From positions 1 through 42,202 of the forward strand of contig JBKJLC010000271.1 of assembly GCA_046597055.1 (NCBI GenBank): DNA of 42,202 bases, read 5' to 3'. Position numbers and translations under genes: made by a program. Shown here piece by piece: positions 10,720 to 19,369 of the stretch (the stretch's first letter is position 1; each line of letters begins with the position of its first letter). The notes under the pieces were generated by a model. It ran no database searches. It saw only the letters and a list, made by a program, of their open reading frames with translations, and was not told the origin of the DNA. The DNA is from Kofleriaceae bacterium (lineage in GTDB: Bacteria > Myxococcota_A > Polyangia > Haliangiales > Haliangiaceae).

Positions 10720-11454
10720 ATGAGCCCCGGTGACGCCACGGCTGGCCCGTTGATCGAGCTGATCGACATCACCCGTCACTACCAGATGGGCGACGAGCGC
10801 ATCGCGGCGCTGGCCGGGGTCGGCTTCACGATCCAGCGCGGCGAGCTGGTCGCGATCATCGGCTCGTCGGGCTCGGGCAAGAGCACGCTGCTCAACATCC
10901 TCGGCTGCCTCGACACGCCGACCACCGGCCAGTACCGCCTGGGCGGCCGCGACGTGCAGTCGCTGTCCGACGACGAGCGCGCCTACGCGCGCAACCGCCA
11001 GATCGGCTTCGTCTTCCAGAGCTTCCAGCTCCTGCCCAAGTCGACCGCGGTCAAGAACGTCGCGCTGCCGCTGGTCTATCGCGGCGTGCCGGCGCGCGAG
11101 CGGGTCGCCCGCGCGACCGCGGCGCTGGCCCGGGTCGGCCTGGCCGGACGCACCGGCCACCGCCCCAACCAGATGTCGGGCGGCCAGCGCCAGCGCACGG
11201 CGATCGCGCGCGCGCTGGTCACCGATCCGTCACTGCTCCTGTGCGACGAGCCGACCGGCAACCTCGACTCGGCCACCGGCGAGGACATCATGGCGCTCTT
11301 CCACCGCCTGCACGCCGAGGGCAACACCATCCTCATCGTGACCCACGAGCCGACCATCGCGGCGCGCTGCCAGCGCGCGATCCGCATCGCCGACGGCCGC
11401 GTCGTCGCCGACGGGCCCGGGCCCGACGTCGCCTACGCCGCGGTGCGCGCGTGA
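10720..11454 (+). CDS. MacB/LolD-family ABC transporter ATP-binding protein
   Basis: Walker A GSSGSGKS, IGFVFQSFQL, signature MSGGQRQR, LLCDEPTGNLD, VTHE. Start is ATG 10720 or 10711. Confidence 0.93.
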   Translation: MSPGDATAGPLIELIDITRHYQMGDERIAALAGVGFTIQRGELVAIIGSSGSGKSTLLNILGCLDTPTTGQYRLGGRDVQSLSDDERAYARNRQIGFVFQSFQLLPKSTAVKNVALPLVYRGVPARERVARATAALARVGLAGRTGHRPNQMSGGQRQRTAIARALVTDPSLLLCDEPTGNLDSATGEDIMALFHRLHAEGNTILIVTHEPTIAARCQRAIRIADGRVVADGPGPDVAYAAVRA

Positions 11455-12650
11455 TCCGGCTCCGCGCCCTGCTGCTGATCGGGCTGGCCGCGGCCGGCTG
11501 CGATCGCGCGGCCCGCGCCGGCGGCACCGCCCAGGCCGATCATCCCCACCAGGCCCGGGTGATCACCGGCGAGCTGGCCGAGCGGGTCGTGGTCACCGGC
11601 GAGCTCCGCGCCGTGAGCTCGGTCGACCTCGGCACCCCGCGCACCGACGCCTGGCAGCTGTCGATCCGGTGGATGGCCGAGGACGGCGCGACGGTCAAGG
11701 CGGGTGAGCGCGTGGTCGAGTTCGACAACTCCGCGGTCACCAGCCAGCTCGACCAGAAGAAGCTGCTGCTGCGCCAGGCCGAGATGGCGCTGCGCAGCAC
11801 GCGCGACGTCAGCGCGCTGGCCAGCGCCGACCAGGCGGCCGAGGTGCGCGAGAAGGGCGCCGCGGTCGAGAAGGCCCAGATCCTGGCCGGGGTCCCCGCC
11901 GATCTGCTGCCGGGCCGGACCGTCCAGGAGCGCCAGCTCGAGCTCAGCCGGGCCCAGGCCGCGCTCGCGACCGCCGAGCACGATCTGGTCGCGCACCGCA
12001 AGGCGACCGCGCTCGACCTGAAGGTGAAGCAGATCGAGCTCGACAAGACCGCGCGCTCGATCGCCGACGCGACCCGCCTGCTCGACGAGCTGGTGCTCGA
12101 GGCGCCGCGCGACGGCATCATCCAGGTGGCCGATCAGCCGTGGGAAGGCCGCAAGCTGCAGATCGGTGACTCGACCCAGCCGGGGTGGACCGTGGTGTCG
12201 CTGCCCGAGCTCGGCAAGGGCATGGAGGTGCACGCCACGCTGAGCGACGTCGACGACGGCAAGCTCACGCCCGGCATGGTCGGCACCTGCACGCTCGACG
12301 CGTTCCCGGCCGCGCCGCGGCCGTGCACGGTGCGCACGCTGGCCCCGGTCGCCGGGTCCGAGAGCAACCGCACGCTGCGCAAGGCGTTCGCGCTGGTGCT
12401 CACGCTCGCGCCGGGCCCGAGCCAGCAAGGCCGCCCCGGCATGTCGGTGAAGGTCGAGCTGCAACGACCGGCGGGCGGGCCGGCGACGCTGGTGCCGCGC
12501 GGCGCGGTCCGGGGCACCGGCGCCGAGGCGCGGGTCCGCGTCCCCGGCGGCCTGCGCGCGGTCACGCTCGGTCGGTGCGACGCCCAGCGCTGCGCGGTCG
12601 AGCGCGGCCTGGTCGCCGGCGATGTGGTCGAGCTCGGTGGTGCGCCGTGA
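11451..12650 (+). CDS. Periplasmic adaptor (MFP/HlyD-family) subunit 1, lipoprotein
   Basis: GTGA overlap with the upstream stop; lipobox LAAAGC; EDGATVKAGE lipoyl half-motif, long coiled coil, APRDG, RPGMS, VPRGAV. Confidence 0.85.
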   Translation: MIRLRALLLIGLAAAGCDRAARAGGTAQADHPHQARVITGELAERVVVTGELRAVSSVDLGTPRTDAWQLSIRWMAEDGATVKAGERVVEFDNSAVTSQLDQKKLLLRQAEMALRSTRDVSALASADQAAEVREKGAAVEKAQILAGVPADLLPGRTVQERQLELSRAQAALATAEHDLVAHRKATALDLKVKQIELDKTARSIADATRLLDELVLEAPRDGIIQVADQPWEGRKLQIGDSTQPGWTVVSLPELGKGMEVHATLSDVDDGKLTPGMVGTCTLDAFPAAPRPCTVRTLAPVAGSESNRTLRKAFALVLTLAPGPSQQGRPGMSVKVELQRPAGGPATLVPRGAVRGTGAEARVRVPGGLRAVTLGRCDAQRCAVERGLVAGDVVELGGAP

Positions 12651-13849
12651 TCGGGCGTCGCCTGGTCGCGGCGCTGGCGCTGCTCGCGTGCGCGGCCGGC
12701 TGCGGGCGCGACGTCGCCGGCGCCGACCTGATCGAGATCAAGCGCGAGGTTCTGGTCATCGCGGTCGAGGTCACCGGCGAGCTCGCGGCGGTCGACTCGA
12801 CCAACGTCATGCCGCCGGGCCTGCCCGACGTCTGGGAGTACAAGATCGCCAACCTCGCCGAGGAGGGCGAGGAGGTCGCGGCCGGCGCGCCGGTGGTCGG
12901 CTTCGACGCGTCGGAGCTGGAGCGCGAGCTCGACAACATGCGAAACGAGGCCGACGCCGCCCTGAAGAAGCTCGAGAAGCGGCAGGTCGACGCCCAGCTC
13001 GCGCGCCGCGACGAGGAGCTGCGGCTGCAGGAGGCCGAGGCCGCGCTGCGCAAGGCCACCCTCAAGACCGGCGCCGAGGCCGACCGCACCGCGGCGATCG
13101 AGCTGCGGCTGGTCGAGGCCGATCGCAAGCTGGCCGAGATGGCGCTCGAGCGCGCCCGGGGCCGGGCCGCCCAGGTCCAGCGCACCGATGCGTCCGAGCT
13201 GGCCAGCCTCGCCGACGAGCGGGCTTACGCGGCCGGCCGGGTCGCGATCATCGAGAAGAACATCGCCCGCATGATGATCGTCGCGCCGCGCGCGGGCACC
13301 GTGGTGTACCCGACCGGCTGGGGCGGCGAGAAGAAGAAGGTCGGCGACGGCGTGTGGCGCATGCAGGCGGTGCTGCAGATCGTCAGCCTCGACAAGATGG
13401 TCGGGCGCGGCCAGATCGACGAGGTCGACCTGGCCCGGGTCGCCGACGGCCAGCCGGTGAACCTGCGCCTCGACGCCCTCCCCGACGTCCAGCTGCACGG
13501 CAAGGTCACCTCGATCGGCAAGAACGTCGAGGCCCACTCCAAGAACGATCCCAGCAAGGTCGCGAAGGTGGAGCTGGCGCTCGACGGCAAGGGCGACCAT
13601 CCGCTGCGCCCCGGCATGCGCTTCCGCGGCGAGGTCGAGACCGAGCGCCACCCTGACCTGCTGGTGATCCCGGTCGGCGCGGTGTTCGTCACGCCCGACG
13701 GGCCGGTCGCGTATCGGCTCGACGGTGACCAGCTCGCGCCGGTCCGCCTCGAGCTCGGCCGCCGCAACCGCACCAGCGTCGAGGTGGTGCGCGGCCTGGC
13801 CGCCGGCGACCGGGTGTCGCGGGTCGATCCGGCGCGGAGCCCGCGATGA
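12647..13849 (+). CDS. Periplasmic adaptor (MFP/HlyD-family) subunit 2, lipoprotein
   Basis: GTGA overlap; lipobox-like AAGC; EEGEEVAAG, coiled coil, APRAG, IDEVD, LRPGM, GLAAGDRV. Confidence 0.87.
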   Translation: MIGRRLVAALALLACAAGCGRDVAGADLIEIKREVLVIAVEVTGELAAVDSTNVMPPGLPDVWEYKIANLAEEGEEVAAGAPVVGFDASELERELDNMRNEADAALKKLEKRQVDAQLARRDEELRLQEAEAALRKATLKTGAEADRTAAIELRLVEADRKLAEMALERARGRAAQVQRTDASELASLADERAYAAGRVAIIEKNIARMMIVAPRAGTVVYPTGWGGEKKKVGDGVWRMQAVLQIVSLDKMVGRGQIDEVDLARVADGQPVNLRLDALPDVQLHGKVTSIGKNVEAHSKNDPSKVAKVELALDGKGDHPLRPGMRFRGEVETERHPDLLVIPVGAVFVTPDGPVAYRLDGDQLAPVRLELGRRNRTSVEVVRGLAAGDRVSRVDPARSPR

Positions 13850-15135
13850 AGCGCGCGCTGTTCGCGCTGGTGGTGCTGCTCGGGTTCGCCGGCGCCGGCT
13901 GGGCGACCTGGCGGGCGCTGACCGCCCGGGTGGCCACGCCGCCGATCCCGACCGTGGTGGTCGCCCGCGAGCGCTTCGTCCGCCGGGTCACCACCGAGGG
14001 CGTGCTGCGCGCGGTCAAGGCCACGCCGCTGCCGGTGCCGCAGGGCTCGGGCGAGGGCGGGCCGGTCAAGCTGGCCTGGCTCGCCGACGACGGCTCGGCG
14101 GTCAAGGCCGGCGACGTGGTGGTCCGCTTCGATCAGACCGACCCCGAGCGCCAGCTCCGCGACGGCGAGTCGGATCTGGCGGTGGCGTCGACCCGGCTGG
14201 CCCAGGAGCAGGTGCAGTCGCAGGCGGCGGTGCGCGGGCGCGACGCCACCGCGGTGCTCGCCGAGCAGGAGCTGACCCGGACCCGCCAGTTCCAGCAGAA
14301 GGATCAGGCGATCTTCTCGCGCAACCAGATCGTCGAGTCCGAGATCGACGAGACCCTGGCCGGGGCCCGCCAGGCGCACGCCGAGCGGCTCAAGCAGATC
14401 GAGCGCAACCTGTCGCGGTCCAAGGCCAGCGTGATCGGCGTCGACCGCAAGAAGGCCGAGCTGGCGATCGCCCACGCCCGGTCGGCGCTGAAGCGCATGG
14501 AGATCCGCGCGCCCCACGACGGCATCCTGGTCCTGCGCCGCGGCTGGCGCGGCGCGCTGCCCCGGGTCGGCGAGCAGATGTGGCCGGGCCAGTCGGTCGC
14601 CGACATCCCGCTGCTCGACGTCATGGAGGCCGAGGTGTTCGTGCTCGAGGTCGACGCCAGCGGTCTCAAGGAGGGCCAGCCGGCCGAGGTCGCGATCGAG
14701 GCGCGCGCGGGCTCGAGGTTTGCCGGCAAGATCCGCCTGGTCGACAAGCTGGCCAAGCCGCGCCTGCCCGGCTCGCCGGTGCAGTACTTCGCGGTCGTGA
14801 TCGAGCTCGAGCGCACCGATCGCGCGCTGATGAAGCTGGGCCAGCGGGTCCGCGCGACCTTGACCCTCGCCGACGAGGACGCGCTGGTGGTGCCGCGCCA
14901 GGCCGTCATCAACCGGGGCGAGCAGAACCTGGTCTACCGGCACGGACCCAAGGGCTTCGAGGCGGTGCCGGTCGAGCTCGGCGCCGCGACCTCGGGCCGC
15001 GTGATCGTGAAGCAGGGCCTCGCGCCGGGCGACCGGATCGCCCTGCGCGACCCCAACCAGACCACCAGCCAGGCCCTGCAGGGCGGCGGCACCGGCTCGG
15101 CCGAACCGACCGCGCCCGAGGGAGACCCGCCATGA
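13846..15135 (+). CDS. Periplasmic adaptor (MFP/HlyD-family) subunit 3
   Basis: ATGA overlap; N-terminal TM; DDGSAVKAGD, coiled coil, APHDG, VPRQAV, GLAPGDRI. Confidence 0.87.
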   Translation: MKRALFALVVLLGFAGAGWATWRALTARVATPPIPTVVVARERFVRRVTTEGVLRAVKATPLPVPQGSGEGGPVKLAWLADDGSAVKAGDVVVRFDQTDPERQLRDGESDLAVASTRLAQEQVQSQAAVRGRDATAVLAEQELTRTRQFQQKDQAIFSRNQIVESEIDETLAGARQAHAERLKQIERNLSRSKASVIGVDRKKAELAIAHARSALKRMEIRAPHDGILVLRRGWRGALPRVGEQMWPGQSVADIPLLDVMEAEVFVLEVDASGLKEGQPAEVAIEARAGSRFAGKIRLVDKLAKPRLPGSPVQYFAVVIELERTDRALMKLGQRVRATLTLADEDALVVPRQAVINRGEQNLVYRHGPKGFEAVPVELGAATSGRVIVKQGLAPGDRIALRDPNQTTSQALQGGGTGSAEPTAPEGDPP

Positions 15136-16370
15136 GACGGCTGCTCGATGCGTTCGCGGTGGCGCTGGCCGACCTGGCCGACCACAAGCTGCGCACGCTC
15201 TTGACCACGCTCGGCATGATGTTCGGGGTCGGCGCGGTGATCGCGATGCTGTCGATCGGCGCGGGCGCCGAGCGCGAGGCGCTGGCGCTGATCGATCGGC
15301 TCGGCACCCGCAACGTGGTGGTCCGCGCCAAGAGCTTCAAGCCCGACGAGCTCGAGGAGATCCGCAAGAAGTCGATCGGCCTGTCGCCGCGCGACGTCGA
15401 GGCGATCGAGGAGGCGGTGCCCGGGGTCGACTTCGCGGCGCCGCGCCTCGAGGTCGAGCCGTACAAGATCCTGTCGGCGGCCGGCAAGACCAAGGCGCGG
15501 GTGTACGGGGTCGGCCACCGCCATCGCGAGGTCACCCCGTTCGCGCTGTCGGAGGGCCGGTTCTTCGACGCCGCCGACGAGACCGCGCACGGCCAGGTGT
15601 GCGTGATCGGCGCGGCGGTGCGCCGCGAGCTGTTCGGCGCCGACCCCGCGCTCGGCCGCGATCTCAAGATCAACGACGTCTGGTTCGAGGTGGTCGGCGT
15701 GCTGGCCCCCGAGCCGACCGCGGTGGCCGCGGTCCAGGGCGTGGCGGTCACCTCGACCGAGCGCGAGATCTTCCTGCCGCTGGCGACCGCGCTGCGCAAG
15801 CTCGATCGCGATCCGCTCAAGTCGCCGCTGACCGAGATCGTGGTCCGGCTGGACCCGAACGCGCCGGCCGGCGAGACCGGCGCGGTGGTCGGCACCCTGC
15901 TCGACCGCCTGCACGGCGGCGCCGCCGACTACGAGATCGTGGTGCCCGAGGCGCTGCTCCAGCACAGCGCGCAGACCCAGCGCCTGTTCAGCCTGGTCAT
16001 GGGCCTCATCGCCGGCATCTCGCTCCTGGTCGGTGGCATCGGCATCATGAACATCATGCTCGCCTCGGTGCTCGAGCAGACCCGCGAGATCGGCGTGCGC
16101 CGCGCGGTCGGCGCCCGCCGCCGCGACATCCGCTTCCAGTTCCTGGTCACCGCGTTCGCGCTGGCCATGCTCGGCGGCCTGCTCGGCGTCGCGATCGGCG
16201 TCGGCATCGCCCAGGCGGTGGCCGCCTACGCCAGCTGGCCGACGGTGGTGACGACCTGGTCGATCGCGCTGTCGCTCGGCGTGTCGGTCGCGGTCGGCGT
16301 CGGCTCGGGGCTGTACCCGGCGGTGCGCGCGGCCCGCCTCGATCCGATCCAGGCCCTGCACAGCGAGTGA
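15132..16370 (+). CDS. MacB/FtsX-family ABC permease
   Basis: HKLRTLLTTLGMMFGVGAVIAM, a large periplasmic domain, GGIGIMNIMLASVLEQTREIGVRRAVGA, YPAVRAARLDPIQAL. ATG 15132 has an ATGA overlap. Confidence 0.93.
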   Translation: MRRLLDAFAVALADLADHKLRTLLTTLGMMFGVGAVIAMLSIGAGAEREALALIDRLGTRNVVVRAKSFKPDELEEIRKKSIGLSPRDVEAIEEAVPGVDFAAPRLEVEPYKILSAAGKTKARVYGVGHRHREVTPFALSEGRFFDAADETAHGQVCVIGAAVRRELFGADPALGRDLKINDVWFEVVGVLAPEPTAVAAVQGVAVTSTEREIFLPLATALRKLDRDPLKSPLTEIVVRLDPNAPAGETGAVVGTLLDRLHGGAADYEIVVPEALLQHSAQTQRLFSLVMGLIAGISLLVGGIGIMNIMLASVLEQTREIGVRRAVGARRRDIRFQFLVTAFALAMLGGLLGVAIGVGIAQAVAAYASWPTVVTTWSIALSLGVSVAVGVGSGLYPAVRAARLDPIQALHSE

Positions 16371-18007
16371 TCCCCGTGACCCTCGACCCGGAGTCCGACG
16401 TGTCCGACGTGTCCGACGTGAAGACGACCGCTCGCCGTGGGTGCCGCCTCGGGCTCGTGCTCGCGCTGGTGGCCGCGGCCACCCCGGCCGCGCCGGCGCT
16501 GGCGCTGGCCGACGACGCCGCGCCCTACGTGGCGCCTGCGTTCATGGCGATCCCGCCCAGCCTGCCCGGGGGTGCCAGCCGCGACACCGCCTGGCGGCTC
16601 GAGCTGGCCGAGGCGCTGCAGCTCGCGGTGCGGCACAACCTCGGCATCTCGCTCGAGCGCGAGGCGGTGCAGGTCGCCCGGCTCGGCGTCGAGGTCGCGC
16701 GCGGCGCGCGCGAGCCGACCGTGGGGATCTCGTACCGCCACGGCGACAACCGCCGGCCCCCGGTCACGACCGAGGAGGGCGACGCGGTGGTGTCCGCGGT
16801 CGACGACGTGGTCGCGCTGTCGTACCGGCAGCGGTTCGCGACCGGCCTGGTGGTCGGGGTCGGCGCCGACGCCGGCCGGGTCCGTTCGTCGCAGCAGAAC
16901 GCGGTCGATCCGGTCGAGGTCCGCTCGACCCTGGGGGTCAACCTCACCCAGCCGCTCCTGCGCGGCTTCTCGCTCGATCTCGACATCCCGCAGGCCGACA
17001 TCCTGCGCGCGCGGATCGGCTCGGAGCGCGAGCGGCGCCAGCTCGAGGTGGTGGTGGCCGACGTGGTCGAGCGCACCGAGCGCGCCTACTGGGACGTGGT
17101 CCAGGCGCTGTATCGCCACGACCTCGAGGTCAGCTCGACCCAGCGCGCCCGCGACCAGCTCGCCCTCACCCGCCGTCAGATCGACGCCGGCATGCTGCCG
17201 CCGTCCGACGTGATCGGCGCCGAGAGCACGCTGGCCCAGCGCGAGCTGCAGCAGGTCCAGGCCGAGCTGGCGGTCGAGCAGACCTGGGATCGCCTGCGCC
17301 AGGTGGTCAACCTGCCGCGCGACCAGTGGACGCGGCCGATCCTGCCGGTCGAGCTGCCGCGGTTCGCGCCCGGCCAGCTGACCGCCGACCAGGCCATGGC
17401 GACCGCGCTGGCCAACCGCCCCGAGCGCGACCAGCTCGACCTCGACCTGGCCGAGTCGACGCTGGCGCTGCGCAAGGCCGACAACGATCGGCTGCCGCAG
17501 CTCGATCTCGGGCTGACCGGCGCGATCATCGGCCGCGACACCAGCTACCGCGGCGCGCTGACCGAGCTCGGCGCCGCCGACGTGACCGGCTGGACCGTCT
17601 CGGTCGACATGACCTGGACGCCGATGGGGCGCAGCGCCTCGGCCGGCCTGGGCCTCGAGCGCAGCCGGCGCCGCACGCTCGACGCGCGGCGCGAGCAGCA
17701 GCTCCAGCAGATCTGGATCGAGGTCCGCGATGCGGTCCGCGATCAGCGCAGCGTCGAGCGCCAGGTCGCCGCCGCCGCCAGCTTCCGCCGGCTCGCCGAG
17801 CAGAGCCTCGACATCGAGCAGCGCAAGTTCATGAACGGCACCTCGTCGAACTTCGTGGTCGCCCAGCGCCAGGAGGAGCTCGCCGCCGCCCAGCTCGCCG
17901 AGCTGACCGCGGTGCTCGGCCACCACAAGGCGGCGGCGACCCTCCTGCACGCGACCGGCCGCCTGCTGGCCGAGCGGCACATCGAGCTCGACGTCGCGCC
18001 CCGCTGA
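16367..18007 (+). CDS. TolC-family outer membrane efflux protein
   Basis: Signal-like LGLVLALVAAA; LELAEALQLAVRHN, LTQPLLRG, AYWDV, NRPE, LPQLDL; two OEP-type repeats. Start is GTG 16367 or 16418. Confidence 0.88.
   Translation: MIPVTLDPESDVSDVSDVKTTARRGCRLGLVLALVAAATPAAPALALADDAAPYVAPAFMAIPPSLPGGASRDTAWRLELAEALQLAVRHNLGISLEREAVQVARLGVEVARGAREPTVGISYRHGDNRRPPVTTEEGDAVVSAVDDVVALSYRQRFATGLVVGVGADAGRVRSSQQNAVDPVEVRSTLGVNLTQPLLRGFSLDLDIPQADILRARIGSERERRQLEVVVADVVERTERAYWDVVQALYRHDLEVSSTQRARDQLALTRRQIDAGMLPPSDVIGAESTLAQRELQQVQAELAVEQTWDRLRQVVNLPRDQWTRPILPVELPRFAPGQLTADQAMATALANRPERDQLDLDLAESTLALRKADNDRLPQLDLGLTGAIIGRDTSYRGALTELGAADVTGWTVSVDMTWTPMGRSASAGLGLERSRRRTLDARREQQLQQIWIEVRDAVRDQRSVERQVAAAASFRRLAEQSLDIEQRKFMNGTSSNFVVAQRQEELAAAQLAELTAVLGHHKAAATLLHATGRLLAERHIELDVAPR
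16393..16419 (+). repeat. 9-bp tandem repeat (GTCCGACGT)x3
   Basis: Three exact copies at 16393, 16402 and 16411 in the 5' end of the TolC gene. Confidence 0.9.
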
Positions 18008-18112
18008 CGTCCCCGGCCGATTCGCCAGCGGCTGCCACGTTGTGGCGTCCGCGCACGCAGGCTGCACAGGATTGCCGGCAGGGATCGAGGCCGCGATCGC
18101 TACGGTGCGCCG

Positions 18113-19150
18113 ATGCACCCCCGCCCCCTCGCCCTCATCCTCCTAGCTGCCGCCGCGTGCGGTGACGCCGCCATCACCGACGCCCCCCTCGACGCCGCGG
18201 TCGCCACCCCCGACGGCCCTCCCGGCACGGTGCCGGCGTCCACCTGCCGCGAGGCGATCGGCGCCGGCGTCGTGGGCACCGATCCGGTGCCGCACGTCTT
18301 CCTGCTGCGCGGCGGCGACAAGACCCTGCTCTACCCGACCGCGGGCACCGTGCGCGTGGTCAGCCCGACCGCCGACCGGATCGCGATCGGCGCCGGCCGC
18401 CAGCTCCACATCGTGACGATCGCGACCCGCGCCGCGCAGGTGATCGAGCTGCCGGCCGACGTGGTCGCGCTCGACTGGACCGGCGGCGACCGGGTGCTGG
18501 TGACCGGCCGTACCGCCGACGGTGATCGGCTCGACCTGGTCGCGCCGACCGGCGCCGTGCTGGCGCTCCTGGCGGCCAACGGCGCGCCGGTGACGACCGC
18601 CCGGCTCGCGTCCGACGGCGCACGCGCCGGCTTCGTCCGCAGCGGTGCCCTGTACGAGGTGCGGACCGCCAGCAGCGGCGCGCCGATCGAGGTCGCCCTG
18701 CCCGAGCCGGGCGCGGTCCGCGAGTTCGCGGGCTGGTCGGCCCGGCCCGGGTTCGTCGCCTACCGCCAGGGCAACGCGATCCACATCGATGGCGCCAGCG
18801 GCCACGTCGCGTCGTTCCCGCTGGCCGGCCCGACGCCTCAGTGGGCGCCGACCGGCACACGCCTGCTCCTCCAGCTGAACCACCCGCTGCGCGGCGGGAA
18901 CGTGCAGGCCAGTCTGGTCGTCATCGATCCGTCGATCGGCACCCAGGGCACCAGCCTCGCGCAGCAGGTCGGCACCACCACCGATCGACATCCGACCTGG
19001 TCGCGCGACGGCGCCGAGGTCGCCTGGACCGACGACGGCTCGCCCACGATCGTCGTGGCCAGCGCGACCGTCGGCGCCGACCCGGGCCCCCCGACCATCG
19101 TCACCGACTGGACCGGGCCGGCGATCCTGCTCGGCGCCTGCCGCGACTGA
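18113..19150 (+). CDS. Lipoprotein with TolB/PD40-like beta-propeller segments
   Basis: Signal ending AAAC; repeated short beta strands including PQWAPTG, PTWSRDG and LASDG. Confidence 0.6.
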   Translation: MHPRPLALILLAAAACGDAAITDAPLDAAVATPDGPPGTVPASTCREAIGAGVVGTDPVPHVFLLRGGDKTLLYPTAGTVRVVSPTADRIAIGAGRQLHIVTIATRAAQVIELPADVVALDWTGGDRVLVTGRTADGDRLDLVAPTGAVLALLAANGAPVTTARLASDGARAGFVRSGALYEVRTASSGAPIEVALPEPGAVREFAGWSARPGFVAYRQGNAIHIDGASGHVASFPLAGPTPQWAPTGTRLLLQLNHPLRGGNVQASLVVIDPSIGTQGTSLAQQVGTTTDRHPTWSRDGAEVAWTDDGSPTIVVASATVGADPGPPTIVTDWTGPAILLGACRD

Positions 19151-19342
19151 CGCGCCGGCCGGAGCTGGGCCGGACCCACCGCGACGGCGGCGGCCGGTCG
19201 GTGACGTCGAGGCCTCCGGCCTGACCGACCGACGCACGTCGTAGCCTCTTGCTGACCGATCGATCAGGCGAACTGCCTGGGCAGTTGTGCCGGCGGCGGT
19301 CCCGAGGCACGTGATCTCGAAGACCTGCGGCCGTGGATGCAC

Positions 19343-19358
19343 CGGCACGACCGTTGCT
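19343..19358 (+). promoter_or_regulatory. Putative sigma-54 (-24/-12) promoter
   Basis: CGGCACG-ACCG-TTGCT is near consensus; the predicted +1 (~19369) abuts ATG 19370. Confidence 0.65.
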
Positions 19359-19369
19359 GTACAGGCGCC

